IMG/VR virus record: IMGVR_UViG_3300042387_000502
Location: 1-54,071 of that record
Strand: one strand, 5' to 3'
DNA length: 54,071 nucleotides
From: a virus
Taxonomy: Duplodnaviria > Caudoviricetes
Shown: positions 28,702 through 38,241 of the stretch, one piece after another
Position numbering within the stretch: position 1 is the first letter of the stretch
Layout of the letters: each line of letters opens with the position of its first letter
Position numbers and translations under genes: made by a program
Notes under the pieces: generated by a model
The model's input: the letters and a program-made list of their open reading frames with translations, nothing else
Databases searched by the model: none
Told to the model about the DNA's origin: nothing

Positions 28702-29285
28702 TGTCAGAGCAAGGAACTGCAGCAAAATTAGTTGAAATTGCAACAGCAGAAATAGGTACCGTAGAAGGTCCTAAAGACAATGAAACTAAATATGGTAAAT
28801 TTACCAAAGCAGATTTTCAACCTTGGTGTGGATCATTTGTTAATTGGTGTGCAAACGAAGCTGGAGTAAAGATTCCAAATACGGTATATACTCCTGGTGG
28901 CGCACAAGCATTTAAGAAAGCAAACTCATGGATTGATGGAGACCTTGCAGATCCAGAGCCAGGAGATATTGCTTATTTTGATTTCCCATCAGACGGTGTT
29001 GATAGAATATCACACGTAGGAATAGTTGCAATAGATAACGGTGATGGAACTGTTTGGTGCATTGAAGGTAATACTTCTGGAGATCCTAAAGGAAGCCAAA
29101 GAAATGGCGGAGAAGTTTGTAAAAAGCTTCGTGCATATAAAAAAAATAAAAAGAATATAATGGTTTCAATTGTTGGATTTGGAAGACCTAAATTTGGAGC
29201 AAGCATTGCTAAAAAATCTGAGCCTGCTGCAAAAACAACTAAAAAGGTAAAAACTTGTTCAGAGTGTGGTCAAGTAGTTAAATAA
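28701..29285 (+). CDS. CHAP-domain endolysin
   Basis: PWCGSFV, PGDI, SHVGIV, IEGNT. Confidence 0.88.
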   Translation: MSEQGTAAKLVEIATAEIGTVEGPKDNETKYGKFTKADFQPWCGSFVNWCANEAGVKIPNTVYTPGGAQAFKKANSWIDGDLADPEPGDIAYFDFPSDGVDRISHVGIVAIDNGDGTVWCIEGNTSGDPKGSQRNGGEVCKKLRAYKKNKKNIMVSIVGFGRPKFGASIAKKSEPAAKTTKKVKTCSECGQVVK

Positions 29286-29429
29286 ATGAATACTTATAGA
29301 GTAAAATTAGAAGTAGAGGTAGAAGTAGAAGCCTTTGACGAAAATGATGCTCTAGACTATGCAAATGATATATTTGGCGTAGATGACGAAATAAAAAACG
29401 TTAAAATAATTAACGTTAAGGAGAAATAA
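29286..29429 (+). CDS. small acidic protein
   Basis: Read manually: MNTYRVKLEVEVEVEAFDENDA... Confidence 0.55.
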   Translation: MNTYRVKLEVEVEVEAFDENDALDYANDIFGVDDEIKNVKIINVKEK

Positions 29430-30091
29430 TGGCAAAAGAAGGATATAAGCCAACGTCAGGAATGCAATCAGCAGCACGTCGTGCTATTAAATTAAAAGAG
29501 CAAGGCAAAGCAAAAGGTGCTGGCACAGCAGTAGGTTGGACTCGTGCAGGACAACTAGCAAGAGGCGAAACTCTAAGTTTATCTACGGTTAAAAGAATGT
29601 ATTCTTATTTTTCACGCCATGAAGTAGATAAAAAAGGTAAAGACTGGAATAATGCAGAAAGCCCATCTAATGGAAAAATTATGTGGTTAGCATGGGGTGG
29701 GGACGCAGGGTTCTCGTGGTCCAGAAAAATAGTTAACAGGGAGAAAACAATGAAAAAGAATTTAGAATTAAATGAAATCGTAGAAGAAATTAAAGATATA
29801 CTTGATGATGTAGTAAATCCAATTACTAAGGTAATTGAGATTGAAGACGATATAGTAAAGTCAATTGATCCTAAGCTAGAAGATCTTACAGATGAAGAGA
29901 TTTCAAAGTCTTACGAATCAGATAATGAAGATGAAGATAAATGGAATAATATGGAAAAGGCTTGCTGGTCTGGATATAAGCAGGTCGGAATGAAAGATAA
30001 AGGCGGAAAACGAGTACCTAATTGTGTACCAATTAAAAAGTCTTTATTTGGCACAGATGGACCTCAAACATTAATACCTAAAAATAAATAA
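29429..30091 (+). CDS. conserved phage protein
   Basis: RAGQLA.GE.LS..TVKRMYSYFSRH and C-terminal CWxGY...VPNCVP modules common in phages. Confidence 0.7.
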   Translation: MAKEGYKPTSGMQSAARRAIKLKEQGKAKGAGTAVGWTRAGQLARGETLSLSTVKRMYSYFSRHEVDKKGKDWNNAESPSNGKIMWLAWGGDAGFSWSRKIVNREKTMKKNLELNEIVEEIKDILDDVVNPITKVIEIEDDIVKSIDPKLEDLTDEEISKSYESDNEDEDKWNNMEKACWSGYKQVGMKDKGGKRVPNCVPIKKSLFGTDGPQTLIPKNK

Positions 30092-30100
30092 TAAAATCAG

Positions 30101-30130
30101 TTGACAAGGCCTAAAAGATCCCTGTATAAT
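30101..30130 (+). promoter_or_regulatory. sigmaA-type promoter overlapped by inverted repeat
   Basis: TTGACA-N18-TATAAT; ATCCCTGTATA/TATACAGGGAT inverted repeat. Confidence 0.65.
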
Positions 30131-30166
30131 AGTATACAGGGATTCGCCTTTTATATTTAAGGAAAA

Positions 30167-30397
30167 ATGTTACATTTAAATGAACGTGGTGTAGACGTAT
30201 TTATAAATAAATATAAATCAATTACCAATGATGCATATTGGAACAACTATGATTTAATTATTTGGAAAAAAAATAACAATGCATTTTTTAATATAAAAGG
30301 AATATTTAATAAAGCTTGGGGAATGGCAGATAGAGTATCTGTAGATAATAAAGGAATGTGGGTTCTACCTAAACAATATGTCAAATATTTTAAATAA
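30167..30397 (+). CDS. hypothetical protein
   Basis: ORF with RBS. Confidence 0.65.
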   Translation: MLHLNERGVDVFINKYKSITNDAYWNNYDLIIWKKNNNAFFNIKGIFNKAWGMADRVSVDNKGMWVLPKQYVKYFK

Positions 30398-30689
30398 TTT
30401 AGGGGTAGACAAAGACGATTTAGACTGGTGGCACCTTGCAGTTTGTAGAGGCATGGACACTAACTTATTTTATGATAAATATGAAAATGATCCTAAAATT
30501 GCAAAAAATGTTGACGAAGCATGTCTAGCTTGCCCAGTTATATCAATGTGTTATAAATCTGGATCTGATGGCGATGAGTATGGCGTATGGGGCGGAGTTT
30601 ATTTAAACTCTGGATCGATTGATAAAACTAGAAATTTACATAAGACAACTGATACATGGAAAAGATTGAAAAAGAAAAATGTTTATTGA
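30378..30689 (+). CDS. whiB: WhiB-family Fe-S transcription factor
   Basis: W...AVC...D..LF, C..CPV...C, GVWGG. Confidence 0.9.
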   Translation: MSNILNNLGVDKDDLDWWHLAVCRGMDTNLFYDKYENDPKIAKNVDEACLACPVISMCYKSGSDGDEYGVWGGVYLNSGSIDKTRNLHKTTDTWKRLKKKNVY

Positions 30690-30999
30690 TAAAGATAAAA
30701 ATCATTTTAAACATGGGATTAATCAATGGACTGGGGAACCCAACAAGCCAGTATTTTATACACCAGAAATGTCAAAAGCAATAAGAGGAATTACCAAACC
30801 AGCAAACAACTTACAAATGGATATAGTAAAGTATCCAGAATTTTTAGCAATAAGATTATATGAAAACAACTTTGTACAATTTGAAGGCGTTAAAAAAGAA
30901 ATGGTCATAGATTATGTAGCAAAAGTAAAAAAGCTACTTGAGTCATATGGAGTAAGATGTGAGCTGGAAGGAGTGCCTAGTGAAAGAATACTACGATAG
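30679..30999 (+). CDS. hypothetical protein
   Basis: ORF in operon. Confidence 0.65.
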   Translation: MFIDKDKNHFKHGINQWTGEPNKPVFYTPEMSKAIRGITKPANNLQMDIVKYPEFLAIRLYENNFVQFEGVKKEMVIDYVAKVKKLLESYGVRCELEGVPSERILR

Positions 31000-31183
31000 A
31001 GTATTAATTGTATTTATTCATGATCTAGGAGTTTATGGAACTACAGAAAAACTAGGAGCATTTGCCTCTATAGTAAAATATAAAAAAGATGAAATGGAGT
31101 ACGAAGAAATGATAGATAATTCAGAATTTTCAATTATGGATGAAATTGTATTTTCACATGTAGAAGAGGAATATAATGGATAA
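30959..31183 (+). CDS. hypothetical protein
   Basis: ORF in operon; start uncertain. Confidence 0.6.
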   Translation: MSWKECLVKEYYDRVLIVFIHDLGVYGTTEKLGAFASIVKYKKDEMEYEEMIDNSEFSIMDEIVFSHVEEEYNG

Positions 31184-31412
31184 GGTTCTTTGCTATTCTT
31201 GTAACAAAACTAAAAATAAGTTAAATCTTAAAAAGTCTACATTGCTTCCAATAAATTTATTTATGTGTGATGGATGTATAGAATTAAAATTTGAACCAAG
31301 ATGGCTAGTAATCATTACTGGTAGACAAAACGGGCCAGAAAGCGTTAGAGAGTTTGTTTTAAAAAAGAAATATGTTGGAGATGAAATTTCTGCTTCTGAG
31401 TTATTAATTTAG
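31176..31412 (+). CDS. zinc-binding hypothetical protein
   Basis: CYSC...CDGC. Confidence 0.65.
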   Translation: MDKVLCYSCNKTKNKLNLKKSTLLPINLFMCDGCIELKFEPRWLVIITGRQNGPESVREFVLKKKYVGDEISASELLI

Positions 31413-31442
31413 TATACATTCTACGGTATAATATGATATATA

Positions 31443-31754
31443 ATGAATCTGGATCTGAACTCTATAATTATTGCAATATCTGCTGCGATATTGTCTGGCA
31501 TGGGGACGGCAATTATTGCTGGTCTGAACGAAAATAAAAGAGAAAAAAATAGAAAACAAGAGCGTGAGCAGGACCATTTAAAGTTAGAAGTAAAAGATTT
31601 AAAAATTGAATTATATCAAATAGAAAAAGAATTAACTGAGTGGAAAGATAAATATTATGAGGCCATTCAGGAATTAATTTTAATTAAATCTGAGCTAGAA
31701 GATGCCTTAAGAAGCCTTTCAGAAATAGACTCAAATGAGGTTTTGGACAGATAA
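31443..31754 (+). CDS. membrane-anchored coiled-coil protein
   Basis: N-terminal TM helix plus heptads. Confidence 0.7.
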   Translation: MNLDLNSIIIAISAAILSGMGTAIIAGLNENKREKNRKQEREQDHLKLEVKDLKIELYQIEKELTEWKDKYYEAIQELILIKSELEDALRSLSEIDSNEVLDR

Positions 31755-31779
31755 TTTTTAATTTAGTATACTAGTCTGT

Positions 31780-32349
31780 ATGACAGCAGTGGTAGCCCTT
31801 ATTCATGAAAATAAAGTCCTTCTAGGAGGAGATTCTGCTGCATCTGATGATAAAACAGGATTAATTTTTTCACGCACAGATCCAAAAGTTTTTAGAGTAG
31901 GTCAGTTTGGAATTGCATTTGTTGATAGTTTTAGAATGGGACAAATTCTTCAATATAACTGGACGCCACCAATTTACAAACCAACAGCAGGATTTAAAAA
32001 TTTAGAAAAATTTATGCGTACCAAGTTTGTTGAATCAATTAAAGAAACATTTAAAGAACAGGGATATGGTAATCAAACCGCAGGATCTACAGAAGATGGC
32101 GATGAAGGCGGAGTTTTCTTAATAGCAGTTCAAGGTGCAGGTAGAATATTTACTATGGATAGTGATTTCCATATAGGTGAAGCAGACATTCAATACATGG
32201 CAGAAGGTGCTGGGCAAGAATTAGCTTTAGGATCACTATACTCAACATCATCTATTAAAACACCCCGTAAACGGGTCAGGATGGCTCTAGAAGCGGCTGC
32301 AAAATTTAACATGGCAGTTAGAGCACCATTTACAATAATTGAAATTTAG
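31780..32349 (+). CDS. Ntn-hydrolase peptidase (HslV/proteasome-beta-like)
   Basis: N-terminal Thr (MT), GGDS..S, PKVF, GAG...ALGSL. Confidence 0.75.
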   Translation: MTAVVALIHENKVLLGGDSAASDDKTGLIFSRTDPKVFRVGQFGIAFVDSFRMGQILQYNWTPPIYKPTAGFKNLEKFMRTKFVESIKETFKEQGYGNQTAGSTEDGDEGGVFLIAVQGAGRIFTMDSDFHIGEADIQYMAEGAGQELALGSLYSTSSIKTPRKRVRMALEAAAKFNMAVRAPFTIIEI

Positions 32350-32364
32350 AGTATAATTAAATAT

Positions 32365-32568
32365 ATGGACATTAATAATCTTAAGCCAGAAAATTATAAC
32401 ATGGCTATGGATTTAAGAGGAACACCAACTCATGTTTGTCCTTGTGGATGCTTTATATGGAATCTAAAAGTAATCTTTGAAGATTTTGATATTGCAACAT
32501 ATTTTTTAGATATGGAATGTGCAAACTGTGGTAGTTTAGCAACGGCTCCCACCCCAACAGACAGGTAA
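32365..32568 (+). CDS. zinc-ribbon protein
   Basis: CPCG...CANCG. Confidence 0.7.
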   Translation: MDINNLKPENYNMAMDLRGTPTHVCPCGCFIWNLKVIFEDFDIATYFLDMECANCGSLATAPTPTDR

Positions 32569-32571
32569 AAA

Positions 32572-32742
32572 ATGAGAAAATCAGAAAGATTACGATTGTT
32601 AGAAATGCAAATAATCAAACTAGAGTTTGAGATAGATTTATTAAACAACATGCTTGCCGCATTATTAGAGGCAAACAATTTACCACAACCTCAATTAGAC
32701 GCTGGTAAATGGTACCAGAGACGGATAGATAGAAACTCTTGA
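32572..32742 (+). CDS. small coiled-coil protein
   Basis: Read manually: MRKSERLRLLEMQIIKLEFEIDLL... Confidence 0.5.
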   Translation: MRKSERLRLLEMQIIKLEFEIDLLNNMLAALLEANNLPQPQLDAGKWYQRRIDRNS

Positions 32743-32774
32743 CAGATTTGGGTATGTTTTAGTAAAATGTACCT

Positions 32775-33908
32775 ATGAATAAAAAACTAATAACTGCAAT
32801 ATCAATACTATCACTAACACTATCTACTACATTTATTGCTGTAGAGGCGAAAGCTAATCAAGTACCCTCAACAATAGCAATTCTGGACACTGCATTAGAC
32901 ACTTCTCTACCAATTTTTAAAGATAAAATTGTATATGAAGTTTGTGTTTTAGAATTGGCCTCATGTCCAAATGGACAAAAGTTTATGGAAGGTCCAGGAT
33001 CTACTGTACTTCCATTTGATATTATTTCTAAAAATGGTTTTGATCACGGAACACAAATGGCATCAGTTGCAGTAGCAACTAATCCAAATATTAAAATTGT
33101 TTTTGTAAGAATTATTGGAAACAATCCATCTGGCTCAAGACAATCAACTGGCGAAACTGGTGTTTCTTTAGCATTAAAATGGGTATTAGATAATAAATCT
33201 CGTTTTAATATACAGAGCGTTGCAATGTCTCAATCAAATCATGCAATACTAACAACATTAACAGACTATTGCCCTACAACACCAATGTTGCGTGGAGTAA
33301 TATCTTCATTAGTTTCTTCAGGCACACCAGTGTTTTTTCCAGCAGGAAACAACAGAGACCTTTCAAGGTTATCTTGGCCAGCATGTATTAACGATTCAAT
33401 ATCAGTTGGAATGGCAGACCAGTATGAGCAAATAGATAACTTTTCTAACTTTGATAAAGATAGATTAGACTTTTATGCTCTTGGAAATATGAAAGTTGCG
33501 GTTCCAGGAGGTTCTGTAAAAAATGCAGCAGGGTCATCAATTTCTACGCAAGTTGCTGCTGCTACATGGGCTGGAATTAAAAGTTCAAATCCTTCTTTAA
33601 CTTATCAACAAGTTTTAGATATGCTAAATAATGCTTCAAAGCCAATCCGTGGTGCTAGGGGGCAATATGGTAAACTTATCTCTAGTGCCCCTATTGAAAT
33701 TGCACCAAGTGCTCCAATAGTAACAAAACCAGTCGCTCCAGTAACTAAAACTGCAGAGCAATTGGCTGCCGAAGCAAAGGCTGCTCTTACAATTGAGGCT
33801 AACAAAGCAATTTCAGAGGCGGAAGCAAGATACCAAGCTGAAGTTAAACTGGCTGCAGATAAACTGGCTGCAATTAAATTGGAGTGGGCTAAAAAAATAA
33901 ATGGCTAA
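32775..33908 (+). CDS. secreted subtilisin-like (S8) serine protease
   Basis: Signal peptide; AILDT, HGTQMA, AGN, GSS; TTGACA-N18-TAAAAT leaderless promoter. Confidence 0.85.
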   Translation: MNKKLITAISILSLTLSTTFIAVEAKANQVPSTIAILDTALDTSLPIFKDKIVYEVCVLELASCPNGQKFMEGPGSTVLPFDIISKNGFDHGTQMASVAVATNPNIKIVFVRIIGNNPSGSRQSTGETGVSLALKWVLDNKSRFNIQSVAMSQSNHAILTTLTDYCPTTPMLRGVISSLVSSGTPVFFPAGNNRDLSRLSWPACINDSISVGMADQYEQIDNFSNFDKDRLDFYALGNMKVAVPGGSVKNAAGSSISTQVAAATWAGIKSSNPSLTYQQVLDMLNNASKPIRGARGQYGKLISSAPIEIAPSAPIVTKPVAPVTKTAEQLAAEAKAALTIEANKAISEAEARYQAEVKLAADKLAAIKLEWAKKING

Positions 33909-34107
33909 CATGACAGTGCTAGAAGAAATAATTAAAGAAATCGGTGAGGAGTTGTACCAGAAATGGTACAACGCCCTTGCAATAGAAGACAGAACAGAAG
34001 AATCTTCTAAGGCTATGTCTATAAATGCTGGAGAAACAACATTTTGGGTAGTTCAAACATTTATGAATAAATTTAATGCAGCAGCAGAGGAACTAAAAGA
34101 CAAATAA
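33901..34107 (+). CDS. hypothetical protein
   Basis: ORF in operon. Confidence 0.65.
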   Translation: MANMTVLEEIIKEIGEELYQKWYNALAIEDRTEESSKAMSINAGETTFWVVQTFMNKFNAAAEELKDK

Positions 34108-34412
34108 TGCTAGAAATAAATGACGAAAATTTTGATAAAATATTAACTCTTCATAATGTTTTAGTTGTTGATTTTTGGGCAACATGGTGTAGGCCATGTA
34201 AAATGTTTTCTCCTATTTTAGAGGAAATTTCTAAAGAAAATAATATTTGGATTGCCAAAATAGATGTAGATCAAAATCCAATACAGGCTTCAAAATACAA
34301 CATAACCTCAGTTCCAACAACAATTATATTTGAAAATGGTAAAGAGGTTAAAAAAATACTTGGCGCAAAACCTAAACATCAAATGATTGAGGAGTTAAGT
34401 AAATGGCTATAG
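34107..34412 (+). CDS. trxA: thioredoxin
   Basis: VDFWATWCRPCK, SVPT. Confidence 0.93.
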   Translation: MLEINDENFDKILTLHNVLVVDFWATWCRPCKMFSPILEEISKENNIWIAKIDVDQNPIQASKYNITSVPTTIIFENGKEVKKILGAKPKHQMIEELSKWL

Positions 34413-34579
34413 ATTTTTTAGATGTTCAATCTTGGTATGAGTATGGTCGTGAAAAAAATTGGGTATCAGAGGTATTTTGCGACACACATGAAGGACCACC
34501 ACTTTCTGATGAAGAAATGGAAGAATGGGAAGAGGGCGGAGATCCTTGTAGCTTTCATGTAAAACTTTGGGATCAATAA
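34403..34579 (+). CDS. small acidic protein
   Basis: Read manually: ...FCDTHEGPPLSDEEMEEWEEGGDPC... Confidence 0.55.
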   Translation: MAIDFLDVQSWYEYGREKNWVSEVFCDTHEGPPLSDEEMEEWEEGGDPCSFHVKLWDQ

Positions 34580-34678
34580 AGACAACAAATTGCTTGGTTA
34601 AACGTTTATATATATGGGTGTACACCCAAAATAGAATTCCATTTTGTAAAAAAATGGATAAAAAGGAGAAATAAAAAA

Positions 34679-35692
34679 ATGAAGTCATTAAAAAAGATTG
34701 CCGTTGCTTCGGCTGCAGCCCTAGCATTACTAGGCATTCAATCAATTAATGCATCAGCAGCACCGTTAGCAGTAACAGTTGCTGGTTCAGCAAATACTAC
34801 AACATCTACAGCGCCTGCGACTGCGAACGTTCCAGCCGACAACACAGTAGATTCAGCAGATGCCATTGCTTTAGCAGCAACAGCAGATACTGGAACTGTA
34901 GTTACATTTACAGCAACAGGTGGCGTTAAGCTAGTCACAGCTTTAAGCGCAACAAATGCAGTAGTTAGTTCTTCTGCAGGTTCAACGTCGTATTCAGTAA
35001 CTTCTGCAGGATCTGCAGTAACTGTTTATGCATTCACAACATCAACAGCAACAGGTTCAGTTACAATTGTAAATGGATCTTACTCTACAGTTGTTTTTGT
35101 TAAAGGAATTGCAGGTTCTGTATCAAACGTCGGAGTTTCAGTACCAACTTCAGTGGCAGTAGGAACCATTCCAGCAATTACAGTAAGCACAACAGACGTG
35201 TTTGGAAACGCAGTTTCTGATACCGTAACAGCAACATTAATTGGTGGAACTTGGGCAGATGGCTCAATTTCTAAACAAATTGTAACATCTACTGCAGCTC
35301 AGGTTGCAGCGGATTCTACATTAATTTTAGGATCTAAAAAAGAGAATACTTCAGTTGCAACAATTGGTAATGTAACAATTGCAGTAACTGGTGCGACAAC
35401 AGCAACAGCAGTCACTGGACTAAAAGTTCCAGTAAAAGCCGTAGTTGCGTCATACACAGTTACCGATTTAAATGGCACAATTGCACAACTTCAATCTCAA
35501 ATTAGCTCATTGTCAGCAGATTTAAATTCAGCAAAAGCTGACGCTGCTTCAAAACAATTAGTTATTGATTCCGCAACAGCAGCAAAAATTATTGCTGATG
35601 CAGCAGTAATTAAGGAAAAGGCTGATTATAATAAATTAGCTACAGCCTGGAATAAGGCATTTCCTAAAAAGAAGGTTGCTTTAAAGAAGTAA
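34679..35692 (+). CDS. secreted Ala/Thr/Val-rich (Ig-like/S-layer-like) protein with C-terminal coiled coil
   Basis: Signal peptide (ASA-A), strong RBS, downstream terminator. Confidence 0.7.
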   Translation: MKSLKKIAVASAAALALLGIQSINASAAPLAVTVAGSANTTTSTAPATANVPADNTVDSADAIALAATADTGTVVTFTATGGVKLVTALSATNAVVSSSAGSTSYSVTSAGSAVTVYAFTTSTATGSVTIVNGSYSTVVFVKGIAGSVSNVGVSVPTSVAVGTIPAITVSTTDVFGNAVSDTVTATLIGGTWADGSISKQIVTSTAAQVAADSTLILGSKKENTSVATIGNVTIAVTGATTATAVTGLKVPVKAVVASYTVTDLNGTIAQLQSQISSLSADLNSAKADAASKQLVIDSATAAKIIADAAVIKEKADYNKLATAWNKAFPKKKVALKK

Positions 35693-35701
35693 ATTCTTTA
35701 A

Positions 35702-35737
35702 ATAAGGGGCAAGGGAAACCTTGCCCTTTTTTTATTT
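35702..35737 (+). terminator. intrinsic terminator
   Basis: GGGCAAGG-GAAA-CCTTGCCC followed by TTTTTT. Confidence 0.85.
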
Positions 35738-35885
35738 AAATGGTAGAATATATATGTGGAGTACATTGAAGATCAAATAAGAGAAAAAATATTAAACGAA
35801 ATTAAATATTTAGAGTTACCATATGAATGGAAACCTAACGAAGTAATTAATTATATATATAATAAATTAAGTAGAGGTAAAATTA

Positions 35886-36104
35886 ATGAATAGTAAAAAA
35901 AGAAGTGTTTATAAATCAATTACATGGCCAGCAGTACATATTTTGTTTGTTGGTACATTAGTATATTTATTTGAAAAAGCTATTACTGGCGAAGCACATT
36001 GGGAATATGCTGGTTCATTTGCAATAATTTATACAGCATGTGAAATGATTGGCTTTTTCTTACACGAAAGAGCATGGGAAAAATTTGGAAAAAGAGTAAA
36101 GTGA
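35886..36104 (+). CDS. DUF2061-like membrane protein
   Basis: RS..KSITW...FFLHERAW. Confidence 0.7.
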   Translation: MNSKKRSVYKSITWPAVHILFVGTLVYLFEKAITGEAHWEYAGSFAIIYTACEMIGFFLHERAWEKFGKRVK

Positions 36105-36243
36105 GTTTAGTATTAAAGTCAGAAAATCCATTAGTTCATAGTATGTGTGAAAAAAATGATTGTGAAAATAAAGCAACAAGAATTATTAAAGATTTAAATC
36201 TTTATAGCTGGGTGTGTGAAGAATGCTATGGAAAATATAGGCC

Positions 36244-36867
36244 TTGATAAAAAATATAAATAATAAAATTTATATAATTGAGGGATATATATCTAAAAGC
36301 ACATCAGATTTTTTAACAGAAACATTTAATAGTACTACATCAGATGCACCAGATTACCAGATAAAAGGTGGTCCGTCCTTAAGTCCAGAAAATGGATATA
36401 CTTTTAAATGTGGTAATCCTATTAAAAGCTACCAAGATGATAATAATTACAATATTGGAATAGACATTTTGACAATGTTATGTAATTCAATGTCAAACAC
36501 AATTTCAGACTTTTTAGATACAAAAATGGATATTAAAACAATGTTTTATGGGTTAATGCTAGAAGGTTCTGAAATGAAAACGCATACAGATAATTACATT
36601 ACACCTAATGACCCAGAAAGTATTAGAAAAAATTCAAAAGACGATTGGTCTGGGCTTCTTTATCTTAACGATAATTATGAGGGTGGGCTTTTAGAGTTTC
36701 CTCAAGAAAATTTTTCAATAAAACCAAAACCTGGAACCTTTATTTTTTTTAAAGGGGATCATGATTTACCACATCAGGTGTCAAAAATTGAAAAAGGGCA
36801 TAGAAACGTAATAATATCATTTTTTTGGCCTATAAAATATCGTGGCCTAGATACTGTTTTGGGTTAG
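36244..36867 (+). CDS. 2OG-Fe(II) oxygenase
   Basis: HTD, YLNDNYEGG, HQV...R. Confidence 0.87.
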   Translation: MIKNINNKIYIIEGYISKSTSDFLTETFNSTTSDAPDYQIKGGPSLSPENGYTFKCGNPIKSYQDDNNYNIGIDILTMLCNSMSNTISDFLDTKMDIKTMFYGLMLEGSEMKTHTDNYITPNDPESIRKNSKDDWSGLLYLNDNYEGGLLEFPQENFSIKPKPGTFIFFKGDHDLPHQVSKIEKGHRNVIISFFWPIKYRGLDTVLG

Positions 36868-36946
36868 TAATTTCTTAAATGCTATAATAAGGGTATAGAT
36901 GGATTTCTAGACCCATCTAAATACAACAACCTATAGGAGAAATAAA

Positions 36947-37105
36947 ATGTCAGACGGAAAAGATTTAAAAGGATTTAACGAAACAAAGCCAGTAGGATCA
37001 TCACCATGGTCAACAGAATCATACACAGAGGCACCAAAAGCTGCATTCCCATCAACTGATAAGTCATCACAAGATGGCGCAGGCGTAAACAACGGCGGTA
37101 AGTAA
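36947..37105 (+). CDS. 52-aa peptide
   Basis: TGCTATAAT promoter, AGGAG RBS; MSDGKDLKGFNETKPVGSSPW... Confidence 0.65.
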   Translation: MSDGKDLKGFNETKPVGSSPWSTESYTEAPKAAFPSTDKSSQDGAGVNNGGK

Positions 37106-37107
37106 TA

Positions 37108-37257
37108 ATGTGTTTTGAATGCGGATGTGAATCAGTAGGAAGTACAACTGGAATTGTTCCAGTTACAATTACTGAAGTTTCAAGAGATGGAGAGGCTGGT
37201 CTTACATTAAATATGACCGCCACTCCAGCGCAAAGAACATCATTTATCAATGAGTGA
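37108..37257 (+). CDS. 49-aa peptide with N-terminal CxxCxC
   Basis: Read manually: MCFECGCESVGSTTG... Confidence 0.55.
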   Translation: MCFECGCESVGSTTGIVPVTITEVSRDGEAGLTLNMTATPAQRTSFINE

Positions 37258-37468
37258 AAATGGCACAGGTATGGCGACACCGCCAAACAATGAACCAGCA
37301 GGCGCAGTAACTTCTCAAGAAGTTGGTCGTAAAAAACCAAATCAAGGTAAATTTAGATCTGGAATTGCAAATCAAAGATCATTAACAAGAGTTGACCGTA
37401 ATAAACATGGGATTCGTAGAGAAACCAATATGGGTCCTAAAAAAACTGGTAGACCAAAGAAGGTTTAA
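37250..37468 (+). CDS. small basic disordered protein
   Basis: ORF ending KKTGRPKKV (AT-hook-like GRP). Confidence 0.6.
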   Translation: MSENGTGMATPPNNEPAGAVTSQEVGRKKPNQGKFRSGIANQRSLTRVDRNKHGIRRETNMGPKKTGRPKKV

Positions 37469-37470
37469 TA

Positions 37471-37572
37471 ATGTGCACAAGATCAATATCTAGTTCTTCG
37501 GATCTAGATATTGATATTTTAAATACTATAGATGATCAAATTGATAAAGCTGAAGGAACAGGATTAATATAG
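37471..37572 (+). CDS. 33-aa peptide
   Basis: Read manually; fills the gap, stop overlaps the next start. Confidence 0.4.
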   Translation: MCTRSISSSSDLDIDILNTIDDQIDKAEGTGLI

Positions 37573-38240
37573 TGATAGAAATTATTCATAAATCAGATAT
37601 TGTTGAGTATAAAAATGTATTTACAAAAGAAGAATGTGATTATATAATTTCATATTGGAATAGTCTTGATGACTGGATGCTCTCTTGCTTTTATAATATG
37701 TATACAATTTCTGGGAAAAAACCCCATACTAAAGAAGGCGGAGAAGCTTTAAATAAATTTAAAATGTTTTCACAAAATTTAGCCGAGAAAGTATTTAATA
37801 GGAAATTAAAACAAATTAGTGTAAGCTCTCATATGTGGCAGCCAGGTGCTTTTGCAGCAGATCATGCTGATAATGCTGAACTTGATGGTACTCCAAATGC
37901 ATGGATTGAAAATAAATTAGTTACAATGATTTATTTAAATGATAATTTTGAAGGTGGGCATTTAACTTTTAGAGATCATAAATTAGCTTTTAGGCCACAG
38001 GTTGGAAGTGTTATTGTTTTTGATGTTGGAATAAATAATGTACATGCAGTTACTGAAGTAACTTCTGGAACTAGGTATACAATGATGGCTTCTTATGACT
38101 ATGCAGATAGCGTTTATAATGTAGATTATAAAAAAATTAAAAATGAAAGTGAACCTTCTAGAAAAAAATTACAAGAAGAATGGGCAGAAGGAATTATAAT
38201 GCCTAAAAGTGCAGCTACTAGATATGACCCAATAAATTAA
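37572..38240 (+). CDS. 2OG-Fe(II) oxygenase
   Basis: HAD, YLNDNFEGG, HAV..V.SG.R. Confidence 0.87.
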   Translation: MIEIIHKSDIVEYKNVFTKEECDYIISYWNSLDDWMLSCFYNMYTISGKKPHTKEGGEALNKFKMFSQNLAEKVFNRKLKQISVSSHMWQPGAFAADHADNAELDGTPNAWIENKLVTMIYLNDNFEGGHLTFRDHKLAFRPQVGSVIVFDVGINNVHAVTEVTSGTRYTMMASYDYADSVYNVDYKKIKNESEPSRKKLQEEWAEGIIMPKSAATRYDPIN

Positions 38241-38241
38241 A

